This document shows, piece by piece, positions 1 through 12,760 of a stretch of 64,000 bases of DNA. The translations under genes were made by a program, and so were the position numbers. The notes beneath the pieces were generated by a model, which saw only the letters and a list, made by a program, of their open reading frames with translations, was not told the origin of the DNA and ran no database searches. Source of the DNA: Chrysomallon squamiferum (lineage: Eukaryota; Animalia; Mollusca); the NCBI GenBank assembly GCA_012295275.1, contig CM022679.1:5828001-5892000 (forward strand), given 5' to 3'. The stretch's first letter is position 1; each line of letters begins with the position of its first letter.

Positions 1-774
1 AACAGTGATAAAATTCTCAACGTAATTTCTCAGAAAGCTTGTTATTAAAAATAAATAAATAAATAAATAAACATACTGAGAACCAAGGGTATGGTTTTTC
101 ATCATTTGTTACCAGTAAGTGATCATAATTTTAAACTGTATTTAACAAATTAAGTTGGAAACAATGTGGAGCTCAAATGCCAGTGTGTTATAGATATTTG
201 AATTATTTCAGTTTATGAAATGAATAGCAATACAAAGGGAAATATGACTGTACCTGGAAAAAGTGTTAAACAAACGTTTTAAAATTGTATGTGAAATATT
301 TACTAATAACATAAAGTTTGTTTGTTGTGTATATATTTGTGTATTCATATATGTACATACATACATATATACATATACACACACACACACAAACACACAC
401 ACATATATACACATATACATATTTATGTATGTATTATTGAAATGTGTAATATTAAAAGTATCTAATAATGTGTGTCCACTATTTGAGCATTCTAATCATG
501 AAACTATAACCTGCTCAAGATAGAGATTCGTACATCAAGATGTAGGGACTGCCTCACCTACACTAATCCAATTAATCCTTTTACTAATTCTACTAATCCT
601 ATTGCACATCCTTTCTTCAGTTATTGTAATCCACCTGTGTCTTGTACCTGAACAAAAAAAATCAATCAACATTATTTTCCTCTTTGTCTCAACAACAACT
701 AAAATACATTTCCAGTAAGGAAACAATCAAGCCATTTTCCAATATCATGTTGTTGTTTTTTGTTTTGTTTTTTT

Positions 775-1070
775 CCCATTCTAACTTACATCAGTTTTTT
801 TTTTGGTTTTTTTTGTAGACATGCATCAGTATGTCTTACTTCTTTTCTGTTTTTGCTTTTTTCCCATGTTCCCATTCTAACTTACACCAATTTTTCTTGT
901 GGGTAAGTATGTTTTATCTGTTTGCTTTTTTTTCTTCTTTTTATCCCCATTCTAACTTACATGAGTTTTCTTGTAGATATGTAATCAGTATGTCTTACTT
1001 GTTTTCTTTCTTTTTCTTTTCCTTTTTTTCCATTCTGCCTTACATGAGTTTTTCTTGTAGACATGTCTTA
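775..1070. repeat. Degenerate tandem repeat (about 75-95 bp)
   Basis: CCCATTCTAACTTACA...TTCTTGTAGA..AGTATGTCTTACTT units at about 775, 871, 946 and 1029. Confidence 0.65.
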
Positions 1071-1834
1071 CCTGTCAGGTTAATACAGGTGCAAAGAAAA
1101 AGTCGTTGTCACTGATGATGACAGAGTCTTTTGTCATAAACACTTGACTCTGATGTGATGATGTTGCAGTAGCATTAGCCAAACCTGAACTTTTTCTGAC
1201 ACTGCTCAGAACTCTGTCGGTTCATTCATTTGTTCACTCAGTTATCCACTCATTCATTCATTCTTTCTTTCATTTATTCACTCAATTATGACTTGTTTCT
1301 TCTTTCATCCTTTCTATTTATTTCATGGCAATATTTTTAAAATCTTATAGAAAACACACTATAACCCTGCCATGTGCTTGTAGTTTCATTCATTCATTCA
1401 TTCAGTTTTTTCCATCCATTCACTCAGTTTTATTCATTTATTCACTCATTTTTTCTTTCAATCTTTTTCATTTATTTCATAACTGTGTTTCTCTTTACAA
1501 ATCGCACTCTAATCCTGGCATGTACTTTCAGTTTCAGGTACTTTTACTTTCTTCAACTTAATTAGCACACAGAGTGACAAAGTTGTACAGGTATTTTCTT
1601 CACTCACTTCAGAATCTTTCCAGTAAAAAAATCCCATTTAATTATTTTTATTTTTATTTTATTTTTTATTTTGTTTATTAATTATCACTTATAGTTTCAG
1701 AGCACAAACATTACTTGATTAATGTGTACATGTAAATCTCAGTATGTTGTATTACTACAGTACTTTGTTATTAGCTACATTTCATCTCCACACACAAAAA
1801 AAAAAAAGTAAAACAATGATTTGGAATTATTTTG

Positions 1835-2029
1835 ATATTCTTTATTATTAGGAAAGAATTGACAGTAGAAAACAAACAAAACAGTACTTGAAATCATGTA
1901 GATATTCTTTATTATTAGGAAAGGGTTTACAGCAACTACTTGAAATTATATATATATTCTTTATTATTAGGAAAGAGTTGTCAGCACAAACATGGAAGTG
2001 TATGTTGTCATTCTTTATTATTAGAAAAC
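1835..2029. repeat. Short tandem repeat with core ATTCTTTATTATTAG(G)AAA
   Basis: Four copies at about 1835, 1902, 1954 and 2010. Confidence 0.7.
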
Positions 2030-3871
2030 TGGTCTCAAGTTACAAAAATAAGAATGACATGGAAGAAATGAATTCTGTTGTAATACCACATGATGGAAAG
2101 TACTTCATCTTTTTAATGGTGATTCTTACAAGATGGCTCCCTTTTATAAATGTGTGTGTGTGTGTGTGTGCATGCATGTATGTTTGTGTGCATGTATGTG
2201 TTTATGTATGTGTTTATATTGTAATATAATATGTGCTTTAATCATAATTCAGCATAAGTGATGTTTGTAATGGGAAACACTCTTGTAGTTCTGCTGTGGA
2301 GGATTGACCCTGTAGCTGATTACTTCTCAAGTTCATTGAGCAAAGCCCTCACAATGTTCTTATTACCTCTGTTTAAACGATACGTTGAAGAAATAAATAA
2401 ATCTAATCCAAGCAGAATGCGATCTTTTGATCATAATCCTACCTACATTGCATGTTCCATGTAACCCTAATTTAATCATAAATATTTACCTGAATCTGTA
2501 ACACCTGTAATTGTTTACACCTGTGTAGTTTACAGTAGAACGCTTACAGCTTTGTGTTTTCATCCGTTATGAGTATAAAATAACAATTTGTTTGTAATAA
2601 ACTGCAAGGCCAACGTTTTGTATTTGTTTGGTTTACATCCAGTGGTATACAGAAGTTATTACTCAGCGTGATGTATCTGTTAGGAACGTGTTATCTGTGT
2701 TTGTATTGTCTGGCTAGCAGACAGAGGAATTAGCAAAATAAAATGGTTAATTTGAGACAGAGAAAACCAAGATCAGAAAATGGGAACATTTATACAGAAC
2801 TGATTCATTAAGAACTGGACAACGTAGAAAACTGAGATAATATAAAACTGGACAACATAGACTACACTGAGATTACAAACATAACTCCTTAGACACATCA
2901 AGGAATTGCTCCAGTATAACAGAATTATAGGTTCTACAGAAGAACTGTTTGTAAAAAATAACACTCAGCTAACAACAGGTATTCATTGAAGTTTGGTGTG
3001 TTGGAAAATGTATAGATTTTTATATTTTTTTTATTCCTCTTGGCATTGATTGAGGTTGTCATTTCTTATCATTTCCAATGCAGTGTGTGTTATTATGTCA
3101 TGCTGCCATCACTAGTGAAAATGAAAATAAATGGAAATTAATTTTATACATTATCACAGATAAAATATCAATTGTGCACATGCGTTCAATTCAAAAATAC
3201 ACACACACACAGAGATACATTAACTTTCACTGTGATCTGTTGTACATGATCCCTAATCCTTTTTTCTATCTCTCGCTTACTCACTTTTTCTTCCTTTCTC
3301 TTTTCTCTCTGGCTGTATATATTTCTCTGTGATATCTGTATTATTTCTCTTTCTCTGTCTTATATATATGTATTATCTCTTTTTCTCTAACATCCCTATT
3401 ATGTCTGTCTGTCTGTCTGTCTCTCTCTCTAAAATCATGTATAATGATACTGTTGTAAATACAGTCTACAGCTGCCATGCTTACAAATGCTTACAGTATT
3501 TCTTTTATGACAGAGATTATTAACTGTCAAAGATAAATACCTCTTTTTCTCTTACTGATTATGGGTAGTTTTTGGCACAATTCATTCAGATAAATGTTCA
3601 AACATGCCTGTGATGGTCATAACAGCTAATTTCGTCTGAGACCTTTGTCCAAGACTGGCATCAGTGATTAACTGATAATCATCATAAAGACTGTTATATG
3701 TAGTGTCTTCACACACAAGATAGCACTTACCTTAACTTTACATGTTAAGTTTATGGTTACTTTCAGCTGTGATGGCCTTCGAACATCCAGTTATCCAACT
3801 GTTTTGTTGAGGGTTTTTTTTTAAATTTTATTTTCTGTTTGTGGAGCTAAGAGTGTTTTATTGTATTGGTT

Positions 3872-3950
3872 AACTGGAACAGAAAATTGCCTAATGAGGT
3901 CACTGTCAGGGATTGATCCCCTGTGGTCTTGTACCCCCAGGCATGGTTCT
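3872..3950 (-). mobile_element. Decayed tRNA-derived SINE fragment (head/core)
   Basis: Minus reads ggatcaatccctgacagtgacctcattaggcaattttctgttccag: B-box-like, then a motif shared with copies at about 17090 and 33681. Confidence 0.35.
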
Positions 3951-4693
3951 GCTGACAAAGAAAATAATAATGATGTATTCAAAATGCCTATTGTGGAACA
4001 CTGACCACCTGAAATAATTTTTGATGTTGATGACTGTGACAGTGTTTTTGTAATGCTTTGAAACGTTGACCTCAACATCTGTATTTCTTGTGGGTGGGAT
4101 TTCAAACATCATCATCTGCTGACGTCTTTATTTTACTGCTTTCTCTTTGTTCTTCAGTTAATTACATGTCCCCTTCATGAGTTTAATAACCTAGAATTAA
4201 TCAGTGTTTTTATTTGTTTCATACTTGTGTGTACAGTGAGCTTTCAGTGGAAGTATTCTGACGAAATAATTAATGTTACAAGCACACGTGTTTTATTATT
4301 GGATATTTCAAGGTTTGTTGGAGCTAATTGGGTAAAATAATACAGTATTTTTTCATTTGTGATTATTAGTTCAAAGGTCAGAATTAATTAATTGGAATTT
4401 CAGATTAAAATGAGTTATTTTAATTAGCTTTAAAAACAAATGTTATGATTTTAGAATAAATGTAAATGCTAATTTGGATTATATGAGTGGGTGGGTTTGT
4501 GCATAAAAATGTTAAGACCGTAACTAATAAACCTTGAACATTTTTATTTTTTCTATTTGTAACCTTTTTCTAACCTTCTTCTTTCTTTTTTTTTTCCTTT
4601 TTCTTTGTTAATTTTTGTCAGATCTTTTCTTCCTCAATTTGTTTCTCTTTCTTTCTTACTCTCTCACTGTTTCTCTATATCTCTGTCTTTATT

Positions 4694-4797
<104 letters not shown>

Positions 4798-5149
4798 ATA
4801 TATCATTAAAAATAGATAACAGATTATTAACACATTTAAATCAGTAACCAGGAACAAAACAAAAAGGACATAAATGTTAAGACTTAACAAGGCTTGTTAT
4901 GAAAACAACTGCCCCTCCCTCCCCACCTTTGTCTGTCAGCTCCCACGCAGAGAGCTTCAACATGACTCTCTGCTTTGTAAAACTCTAATGATCTCAATAT
5001 TTGTTCCATGGCTGTCACCCATGACCTCTGACCTCTGACATTTTATTATTAAAAAAAAAAAAAAAAAAAAAAATCAACAAACACAACCACATCTGGTAAG
5101 CTGAGCCTGTTGTAAAAAGTGGATAAACAGCATTGTCATTATTTCTATA

Positions 5150-5285
5150 ACTTCGCAGAACACTGCACTGAACGCATGATGTGAGCTTTTCTATTTTAAT
5201 GCGAGTTTATTTCTGTCTCTACTACCACTACTACTACACTGGCTGGAGGCCGTGTTCCGTCAAATGACTACTACTGCAGCAACAG
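5150..5285 (+). other. Candidate upstream 5' exon of the Kir gene (start approximate)
   Basis: CpG-containing segment ending in donor CAG|GTATGT (5286-5291); nearest strong downstream acceptor is at 9810. Confidence 0.3.
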
Positions 5286-5577
5286 GTATGTGCATAACTA
5301 ATTAACTTTTGTCTCGATCTCAAAATTAAAAGTTAATTAATTTCACTTCTTGGTCTCGGGAGACTGATTCACTGTTGTTGTGGTTGGTGTTTGTGTGCAA
5401 ACGCTGGAGTCATGATTGATGTAGTGTTAATTTATTTCTCACAGAGTTGAGACTGCTGTCTGTGTTTTCAGTGATTCCCATTAAAGGGGTTTGTTACAGC
5501 ATAAAAACAGATAAAACCAGAGATTCAGTAATATTCTTTATAATCAAAGTTATATAGAATTACAGCTGTTTTCTTTA

Positions 5578-5771
5578 CTATTGTTGTTGTTGTTGTTGTT
5601 GTTGTTATTGTTATTATTGTCATTATTACTTTTATTGTTTTTATTGCTTTTGTTGTTATTGTTATTATTATCATTATTATTACTGTTATTATTTTTGTTG
5701 TTATTACTATTAGCATTATTATTACTATTATTATTACTGTTGTTGATATTACTGTTATCATCATTATTATT
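5578..5771. repeat. (TTG/TTA)n microsatellite
   Basis: Direct reading. Confidence 0.9.
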
Positions 5772-6650
5772 AAAATAAATCACAATAAGTTTTTATGATT
5801 TGTATTTATTGATGTTGTTATTACTACACACAATATGCTGTTTGAAAGTGAAGACAGTGAGATGTCGGTACACTACAAGTTTTATCTGATATGGTGTATT
5901 ATGGCTGTGTTATCTTTAAAGAAATACATATTTTGTTTTCACTGTATTTGAGGTTGTAGTAGCTGTAGTAGAGGCAGTAAAAACAGAGGTTCTAATGCTA
6001 GTGTTAGCAGTAATCATAGCAGGAGTAGTAGTAGCAGTAGTAATAATATTACATATAGAAGTAATATTAAAAGTAGTTGTAGTAATAGTAGTAGTAACAA
6101 TTGTAGTAATAGTAGTAGTTGTAGTTGTAGCTGCAGTTGTAGTTGTAGTTGCAGTAGTAGTGATCTATCTATAAACATATATATTAAATTGTTTGGTATT
6201 TCTTTGCAAGGTGTACCCATACATAATGAGCAGTTTGAATGACTTTGAATGCTAAAGTTAGTTATGGGATAATGTCTATAAATAATAGCCAGTTCTTTGT
6301 AGTAAGTAGGGGGTAATATGGAATTTAATTCTGTCAGAAGGTTTTTGTTTCCATATTATTTTGTTTCTTTTGTTTGTTTTTCTTTTAAACTTTTGTTTAT
6401 TTTTATTTATTTTTAATTGTTATTCTTGTTCTTCTTCTTGTAGTTTTCATTGTTGTTATTTTTATTATAGTTGTTGTTATTGTTGTTGGCAGTATACATT
6501 TTCTGTTTTTATTGTTGAAACTAGATAGCTTGTTTTTATTTATTTTTTATTACACAGGCTGTTTTGAATTTTAAGTGTTATTTGAAATTGTTTTGTGTTT
6601 ACTTGTACAAACATGTTGAGCAACTTGAAGTCAGTTCCTTTTTGCTTTTG

Positions 6651-6740
6651 TGTCACAGTGGTTAAGTCTTTGCTGTCTCAGTGGTTAAGTCTTTTTTGCT
6701 GTCTCAGTGGTTAAGTCTTTGATGTCTCTTTAGTGGTTTA
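6651..6740. repeat. About 23-bp tandem repeat TGTCTCAGTGGTTAAGTCTTT
   Basis: 3-4 copies. Confidence 0.8.
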
Positions 6741-6975
6741 TGATTCTTATCTTTGGTAGTACAGCAGTTACTTACCTGGTATCTTAATGATCAAATGTAG
6801 AGAGTAAGTGATATGGTGCAGGTATATATAGCAAAAATAATAGTAAAAGTTTCAGTACCTGTTGTGATAGTGGTGCTAGCAGTAGTAGTAACAACAGAAA
6901 AGTTTTTGAAAATATCCAAATCAGTTACATTTTATATCTTTATTTTTTTATTTTTTTATTTTTTTATCTTTTTTA

Positions 6976-7007
<32 letters not shown>

Positions 7008-9810
7008 ATTTTATTTTATTTTATTTTATTTTATTTTATTTTTATTATTATTTTTTTTTTTTATTATTTTTTTTTAATGGTTAAATCTTTCATGTCTGGT
7101 TAGTACAAACATCTTTGGTTAAGAACTGAGTACAACAAAGAAATGAACTTGAGTAAAAAGTACTTTTCTAAATATTGATAGTTAAGCTTTTGTTTGCCTT
7201 TCAAAACTGAGTATTTGTCAGAGTGTTCCTACTTTGTTTATTTATTTATTTATTTAATACAGTGAAACTAACAGTTTTCTGTGTTCAAAGGTAAATGGGT
7301 TAGTGATATTGCTAGTATTGGCATACACTTCACAACAGATCTTTCCTTTCATCTTAAAATGCAAACTGCAATATTTGCAATTTTCTTGCTGGATGTCGGC
7401 CATATTTCCAGCTTAGATAACAGAGGCTTTTGTTCCTTAATGTACTTTTTTAAAACAGATTTCTCTTGTGAGGAAAGCCACTTGTGAAAAATAATTTGCC
7501 AAATGATGATAATCATTTGATTTTTCAAATTCAGACTCAAAATTTGAAAGGTTTTCTTGTCTGTCAGTCTGTATGATTGTATCAGTACTTTTAAAGTTTG
7601 CCAAGAGCAAATGTATATTCAAGTTTGATGTGTTGTGGTTATTGGAGAATCTTCACTTCATTAGCTGATTGGTTCCAGGATCAGATCTCATTACAGCTGG
7701 AGTAATGTCTTGCAAACATGCACACACACACACACACACATGCACAGTATTCAGTCTATATTTAAACCCACAAATACACACATGCACACATGCACATATA
7801 AGTATTCAGTCTACATTTAAACCCACACATATACAGATTCATACACAAAAACTTACAGACTCTCACACTCACACACAACTCACACCCTCAGACAGACACA
7901 CACACACACTCACACCCTCACACACACGTACACAACTCACACCCTCACACAGACACACACATACTAACCCACAAACACATTCACGTATGATATTATTACA
8001 CTGCATTCTAATTAAAGTTTACAGCTTACTGATTATGTTACCATCAACTAATGACAACACCAAGCTAATAGGAAACAATTCAAAGGAAGGAAACTGTTAA
8101 TTCAACACATCAAGTGTAACATAAATCTGGAACAGGAAAAATAAAAAAATACAGCCGTTCAAGAGATTTTGTTCACAGGACAAGGCCAGTGGTAGAACTT
8201 TTGTATAAAATCATAAATGATCATATTAAAAGCATGCGGAAATATCTTTAAATGCATTCATTTATACCTAGTCATATATTTTATATAAAAACATATTTGA
8301 CACCTTAAAGCAATTAACACTGGAGATATCATTTTCATTCATTCATTCTCTCGTTCACTCCTCTCTTATCTTCCTTGTTGCCTGACAGGAATCTGATACA
8401 TGGGTTACTTTGGCAAGACTTTCGCTGTGACAAAAGCACTTAGTGTTGGTCCCTACATACACCAGTTAATTACCGGCCATTAATAAGAGTTGACCTCAAA
8501 ATCTTTCAACTGACTGCAGCCAAAAACTGGTTGATGTGGGGAGAAGAACAAAAAAAATACAACAACAGTTACATACATGAGTGTTCAGTTCTGACAGTTT
8601 TTTTGATCAGCGTTCCGTTTTGCTGGGTTCTCAGATCATTTTGTCATTTCTCGACTATCACTGCAGTTATGAGGATATGGCTTCCAAGAATATGTTTGTT
8701 CAATAAGAGATTGCTTTATGAAGTTTTAAGCTTGTTTGTGAGTATAGAACAGAAACCAGTAAATTAGTGTCATATGGTAATAGTGTATTAATACATCACT
8801 GAGCTCTACTCTTAATATGTTACAGTGTATGTAAAACTATATCAACTAGTTTGTTATACAGTGTTTTTGTGAATATTGAACAGAAATCAGTAGACTAATG
8901 TCATATGATGACAGTGTATTGATCAGAATATTATATACATCCTTGTTCTATATTTATAATATGTTACAGGATGTATTTTACATGCGTAAAGCTCTGTTTG
9001 AATTAACTGTATGGTAATACACTATTGTTATGACTGTAGAACAGAAATTAGTTATATGATTTCCTTGTTTAACAATTGTGTTAATCACTCTATTGCATAT
9101 CTATTATTTTTATGCTACAGTTGGACTTTATCCAAGTATTGTATGTGTAAAAGAATGTTAGAATTATCTGTATCGTACATCTGCAGACCATAATATTAAT
9201 ACTAAGTTATTGTAGTAAACTTTATTTTTTCTACACAGACACACATGCTCACACACACACACTCACAGATTAGGGAGAAATCTGTGTGTTAATATTTTCA
9301 TAACTGCTCTTTATTTCTTTATTTGTGTTACGAATATTCACAAATAATGCTTTTAATCTAATATTTTATTACAGACTATTAACCAGACATAATGCAGCAT
9401 ATCTTGAACTACCAGCTGTTTCTGCAGCAATGTGAATAATTATTATAATTAGTCTCATTAAATTGTATCTCTAAATATCATGTTATGCATCTAGTCATAG
9501 CTGTTTTCTGTTGATTAACTTCATTTGCTTGAGGCATACCTGTGATAGTAGAAATAAATGTTATATTTTCCAAGAGATTGTTTTATTTACACTTAACACC
9601 AGGCTTTAATAATAATAAAGTTTAACACTATAAACAAGTCTGTCATTAGATAAGGTGCTTGACACTTGATATATTTTTGTGACCTCATTTTGTAAAGAAA
9701 TCTGCTGTAGGAGCAAGAAATTAGAAGAAAAAAATTAGGTTGAGATAGAACAGTATTTACTTCTTCCAGTAATTGAATGTTTATGCAGTTAATTTTTTTT
9801 TTTTTTTCAG

Positions 9811-11532
9811 TGAGTCTAGTGACAGTGACTAGTGATCTCACAGGATGCAGTGGTTCTGTAGTTTGTGATCGTCTAATCAACAGGAATTAAATAAAAATGG
9901 ATTTCTAACAACGGAATTTACGCCATTCACTTTCACTTTCACTTTCACTTTTGTACCTCACCAACAACAACAACAACAACAACAAAGAAAAATACCCCAG
10001 GAAAAAAATAATGATTTCAGCCAATGGAATAAGACATCTCTTTAATGTCTAAGAGTGCTGCAGTTCTATTGGCTGTGAGTGGTTGCATGTGTCACCGTGC
10101 AGCCAATCGTAAAACAGCCTGATGCAGACTGTGTGCAGCATCATGGACACCACCTACGGGCCAACGAATGGACCGGTGTTGATGCAGATGCCGGAGCCGG
10201 ACCTACTAGAGAACGGGGTGAAGCATGACGTGCACCGCTGCTCGCAGGACTCCTTCCTCGAATACGCCTCGCGCCACACCCGCCAGATCGCCAGCGCACC
10301 CGCGACGCGACGCATCGACCGCCACTACTCCAAGCGGATGAGGAGGCGGCTGGTGTACAAGAACGGTGAGGTGAACATCACGCAGACAAACATCAGGAAA
10401 CGCAGGCGGCGATACCTGGCAGACATCTTCACCACACTCGTCGACATCAAGTGGAGGTACAACCTGATGCTGTTTGCACTGGCCTTCACCTTGAGCTGGC
10501 TGATCTTCGCCGTCGTCTGGTGGCTGGTGTGTTTCTCTCACGGAGACTTGGACCATCTGAACGATGAGAACTGGAAACCGTGTGTGAAGGAGATTTACTC
10601 TTTTATTTCTGCTCTCTTGTTTTCTATAGAGACACAGCACACAATTGGCTATGGTTCTCGACACACGACGGAGGAATGTCCCGAAGCCATCGTGCTGATG
10701 ATGTTCCAGTCGTGTTTCGGTGTCATCTGTCAAGCTCTCATGACTGGAATTGTCTTTGCAAAACTGTCGAGGCCAAAGAAGAGAGCAGAAACTCTGATGT
10801 TCAGTAAAAATGCCTGTCTGTGTAAACAAGATGGTGAACTATGCCTTATTTTCCGTGTGGGTGACATGCGCAAGTCACAGATAGTGGAAGCACACATTCG
10901 GTCTGTGCTGATAAAGAAGAAGGTCACAAAGGAAGGAGAGGTGATGCCTCTGTACCAGTTCGATGTGGACCTCGGATTCAATGAAGGACGGGACAGACTC
11001 TTTCTCGTGTGGCCTGTTATAATTGTGCACAAAATCGACGAGAACAGTCCATTCTATGAAATGTCTCCGGAGGACCTTCATCGAGAACAGTTTGAGCTGA
11101 TTGTCATTCTCGAGGGAATCGTCGAGTCCACGGGGATGACCACTCAGGCTCGCAGCTCCTACCTTCCCGGTGAAATTCTGTGGGGCCATCGCTTCGAGCG
11201 CCTTGTCACCTTCCAGAAGGAGAACGGCCAGTACCAGATAGACTTCTCACGATTCCATAATACCATTCCAGTAGAAACTCCACCCTGCAGTGCCAAAGAA
11301 CTCGCAGAAATGACTGCGGCCGGCACTTACCAGGAATCGAACTACATCGATGACGACGAGAACACGTCGATAGGATCCAAGTCCAGCCCGTACGTGATGA
11401 AGAGACACGGGTTTGCACAGACTGAGTCCTATGATGAGGACATTGATAATGATTCGTTTGTTCACAGTAAGCGCAGTTCCAGTACAGACATTGAAACAAA
11501 GGAAGAGAATGAAACGTTGCTATGACGTAAAG
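9811..11532 (+). other. Predicted Kir exon containing 5'UTR part, whole CDS and 7 nt after the stop
   Basis: Strong acceptor (long T tract + CAG ending at 9810) and consensus donor AAG|GTAAGT at 11533-11538. Confidence 0.6.
10122..11525 (+). CDS. Irk: Inward-rectifier potassium channel (Kir/KCNJ family, invertebrate Irk-type), 467 aa, uninterrupted CDS
   Basis: ORF shows Kir hallmarks: DIFTTLVDIKWR slide helix, M1, pore ETQHTIGYGSR (TIGYG at 10641-10655), M2, PIP2-binding RPKKR, IVEAHIR, ILEGIVESTG, SYLPGEILWGHRF, and C-terminal ETLL. GC/CpG-rich relative to flanks. The in-frame ATG at 10143 has the better Kozak context (atcATGg). Confidence 0.97.
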   Translation: MQTVCSIMDTTYGPTNGPVLMQMPEPDLLENGVKHDVHRCSQDSFLEYASRHTRQIASAPATRRIDRHYSKRMRRRLVYKNGEVNITQTNIRKRRRRYLADIFTTLVDIKWRYNLMLFALAFTLSWLIFAVVWWLVCFSHGDLDHLNDENWKPCVKEIYSFISALLFSIETQHTIGYGSRHTTEECPEAIVLMMFQSCFGVICQALMTGIVFAKLSRPKKRAETLMFSKNACLCKQDGELCLIFRVGDMRKSQIVEAHIRSVLIKKKVTKEGEVMPLYQFDVDLGFNEGRDRLFLVWPVIIVHKIDENSPFYEMSPEDLHREQFELIVILEGIVESTGMTTQARSSYLPGEILWGHRFERLVTFQKENGQYQIDFSRFHNTIPVETPPCSAKELAEMTAAGTYQESNYIDDDENTSIGSKSSPYVMKRHGFAQTESYDEDIDNDSFVHSKRSSSTDIETKEENETLL

Positions 11533-12280
11533 GTAAGTTGTATTAAACTGATTACTTACTGAGTACTAAAACTGTGTAATAATAATAATAATAATGCTAA
11601 TATGAATGTTTATTTTCATTAATTTGTACAAAAAGAAAGTATATAAAAGTAAAATTTGTATATAAAATATATTAATGCAAAACCTGTATAATCTTGTTAT
11701 TGATATAAATGTAAATTTTCATTAATTAGCACCAAAAAAAATAATAATATAAAGTCAATAATGTATAATAAAAACACGTTACCTAGTTTGTTACCAAAAC
11801 TGTATAATAACACTATTGTGTAAATTTGCATTAATTAGATAATAAAAAATTTAAGTGATATAAAGTTAAAGCTTTTTGTATTAAACTCATTAATTTTAAC
11901 AAAAACTAAATATAATTATTATTATTATATATAAAGGTCAATTTTCATTACTTAGTTCAAAAACAAAGAAATAAAAAAGGTAAGTTGTACAATAATAATA
12001 ATAATAATAATAATACACAAATTTTCCTTAATTAAATCAATAACAAAAATTAATATAAAGATACATTTTATTAATTTTGTTAATTTGTATGGATTATTAC
12101 TATGAAGGTGAATTTTCTTTAATTAGAAAAATATAGAAGAAAAAGCAATATAAAGATGAACTTATTGTATTAAACTCATTAATTTGTATAAAAACTGCAT
12201 AACAATAACAATAATAATAATAACAATAATAATAATAATAATTTCTTTAACAAGAACTACACAGTTGTATTAAACTTACT
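11528..12280. repeat. Degenerate about 110-bp AT-rich tandem repeat starting at the Kir stop/donor
   Basis: Recurring ATAAAG..TTGTATTAAACT..AAAACTGTATAA..TTTTCATTAATT units, about 7 copies. Confidence 0.55.
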
Positions 12281-12458
12281 GCCATGAAGAAAACAAAAGG
12301 TAAATTGTGTTTGTTAGTTAACAGGAAACAGTACAGAGAGTTCAGTAAATGTCAGGAAGAGATCAGTTTAATTAAGTTTTCTAATTTACTTCTAGACAGA
12401 GTTTTGGTTTTAACAAAATTAGCAACAGATTAGTTATTATAGTTGTAGCCATCAGTTT

Positions 12459-12726
12459 TGTGTGTCTGTGTGTACACATGTGTGTAGGTGTTATATATGC
12501 ATGTGTGTATGTCTGTGTGTGTGTGTGTCTGTATGTGTCTATCTGTGCATGTATCTGTGTGTGCATGTCTGTTTATGTGTATGTGTGTGTGTGTATGTGT
12601 CTGTGTGTGTCTGTATGTGTGTATGTATGTTTCTGTTTGTGTGTGTCTGTGTGTGTATATGTATGTGTCTGTGTGTGTGTGTCTCTGTGTGCATATGTGT
12701 AGGTGTTATGTGTGCATATATGTGTG

Positions 12727-12760
<34 letters not shown>
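12459..12760. repeat. Degenerate (TG)n tract
   Basis: Direct reading. Confidence 0.9.

Noticed and set aside
6651-6740. Repeats with tRNA A-box-like TCAGTGGTTAAG, considered as tRNA or CRISPR
   Set aside because: No cloverleaf or B box, no unique spacers, and the context is eukaryotic.
10206-11499. Antisense and alternate-frame ORFs over the Kir CDS (up to 207 aa)
   Set aside because: Expected shadows of a GC-rich coding sequence; no recognisable protein.
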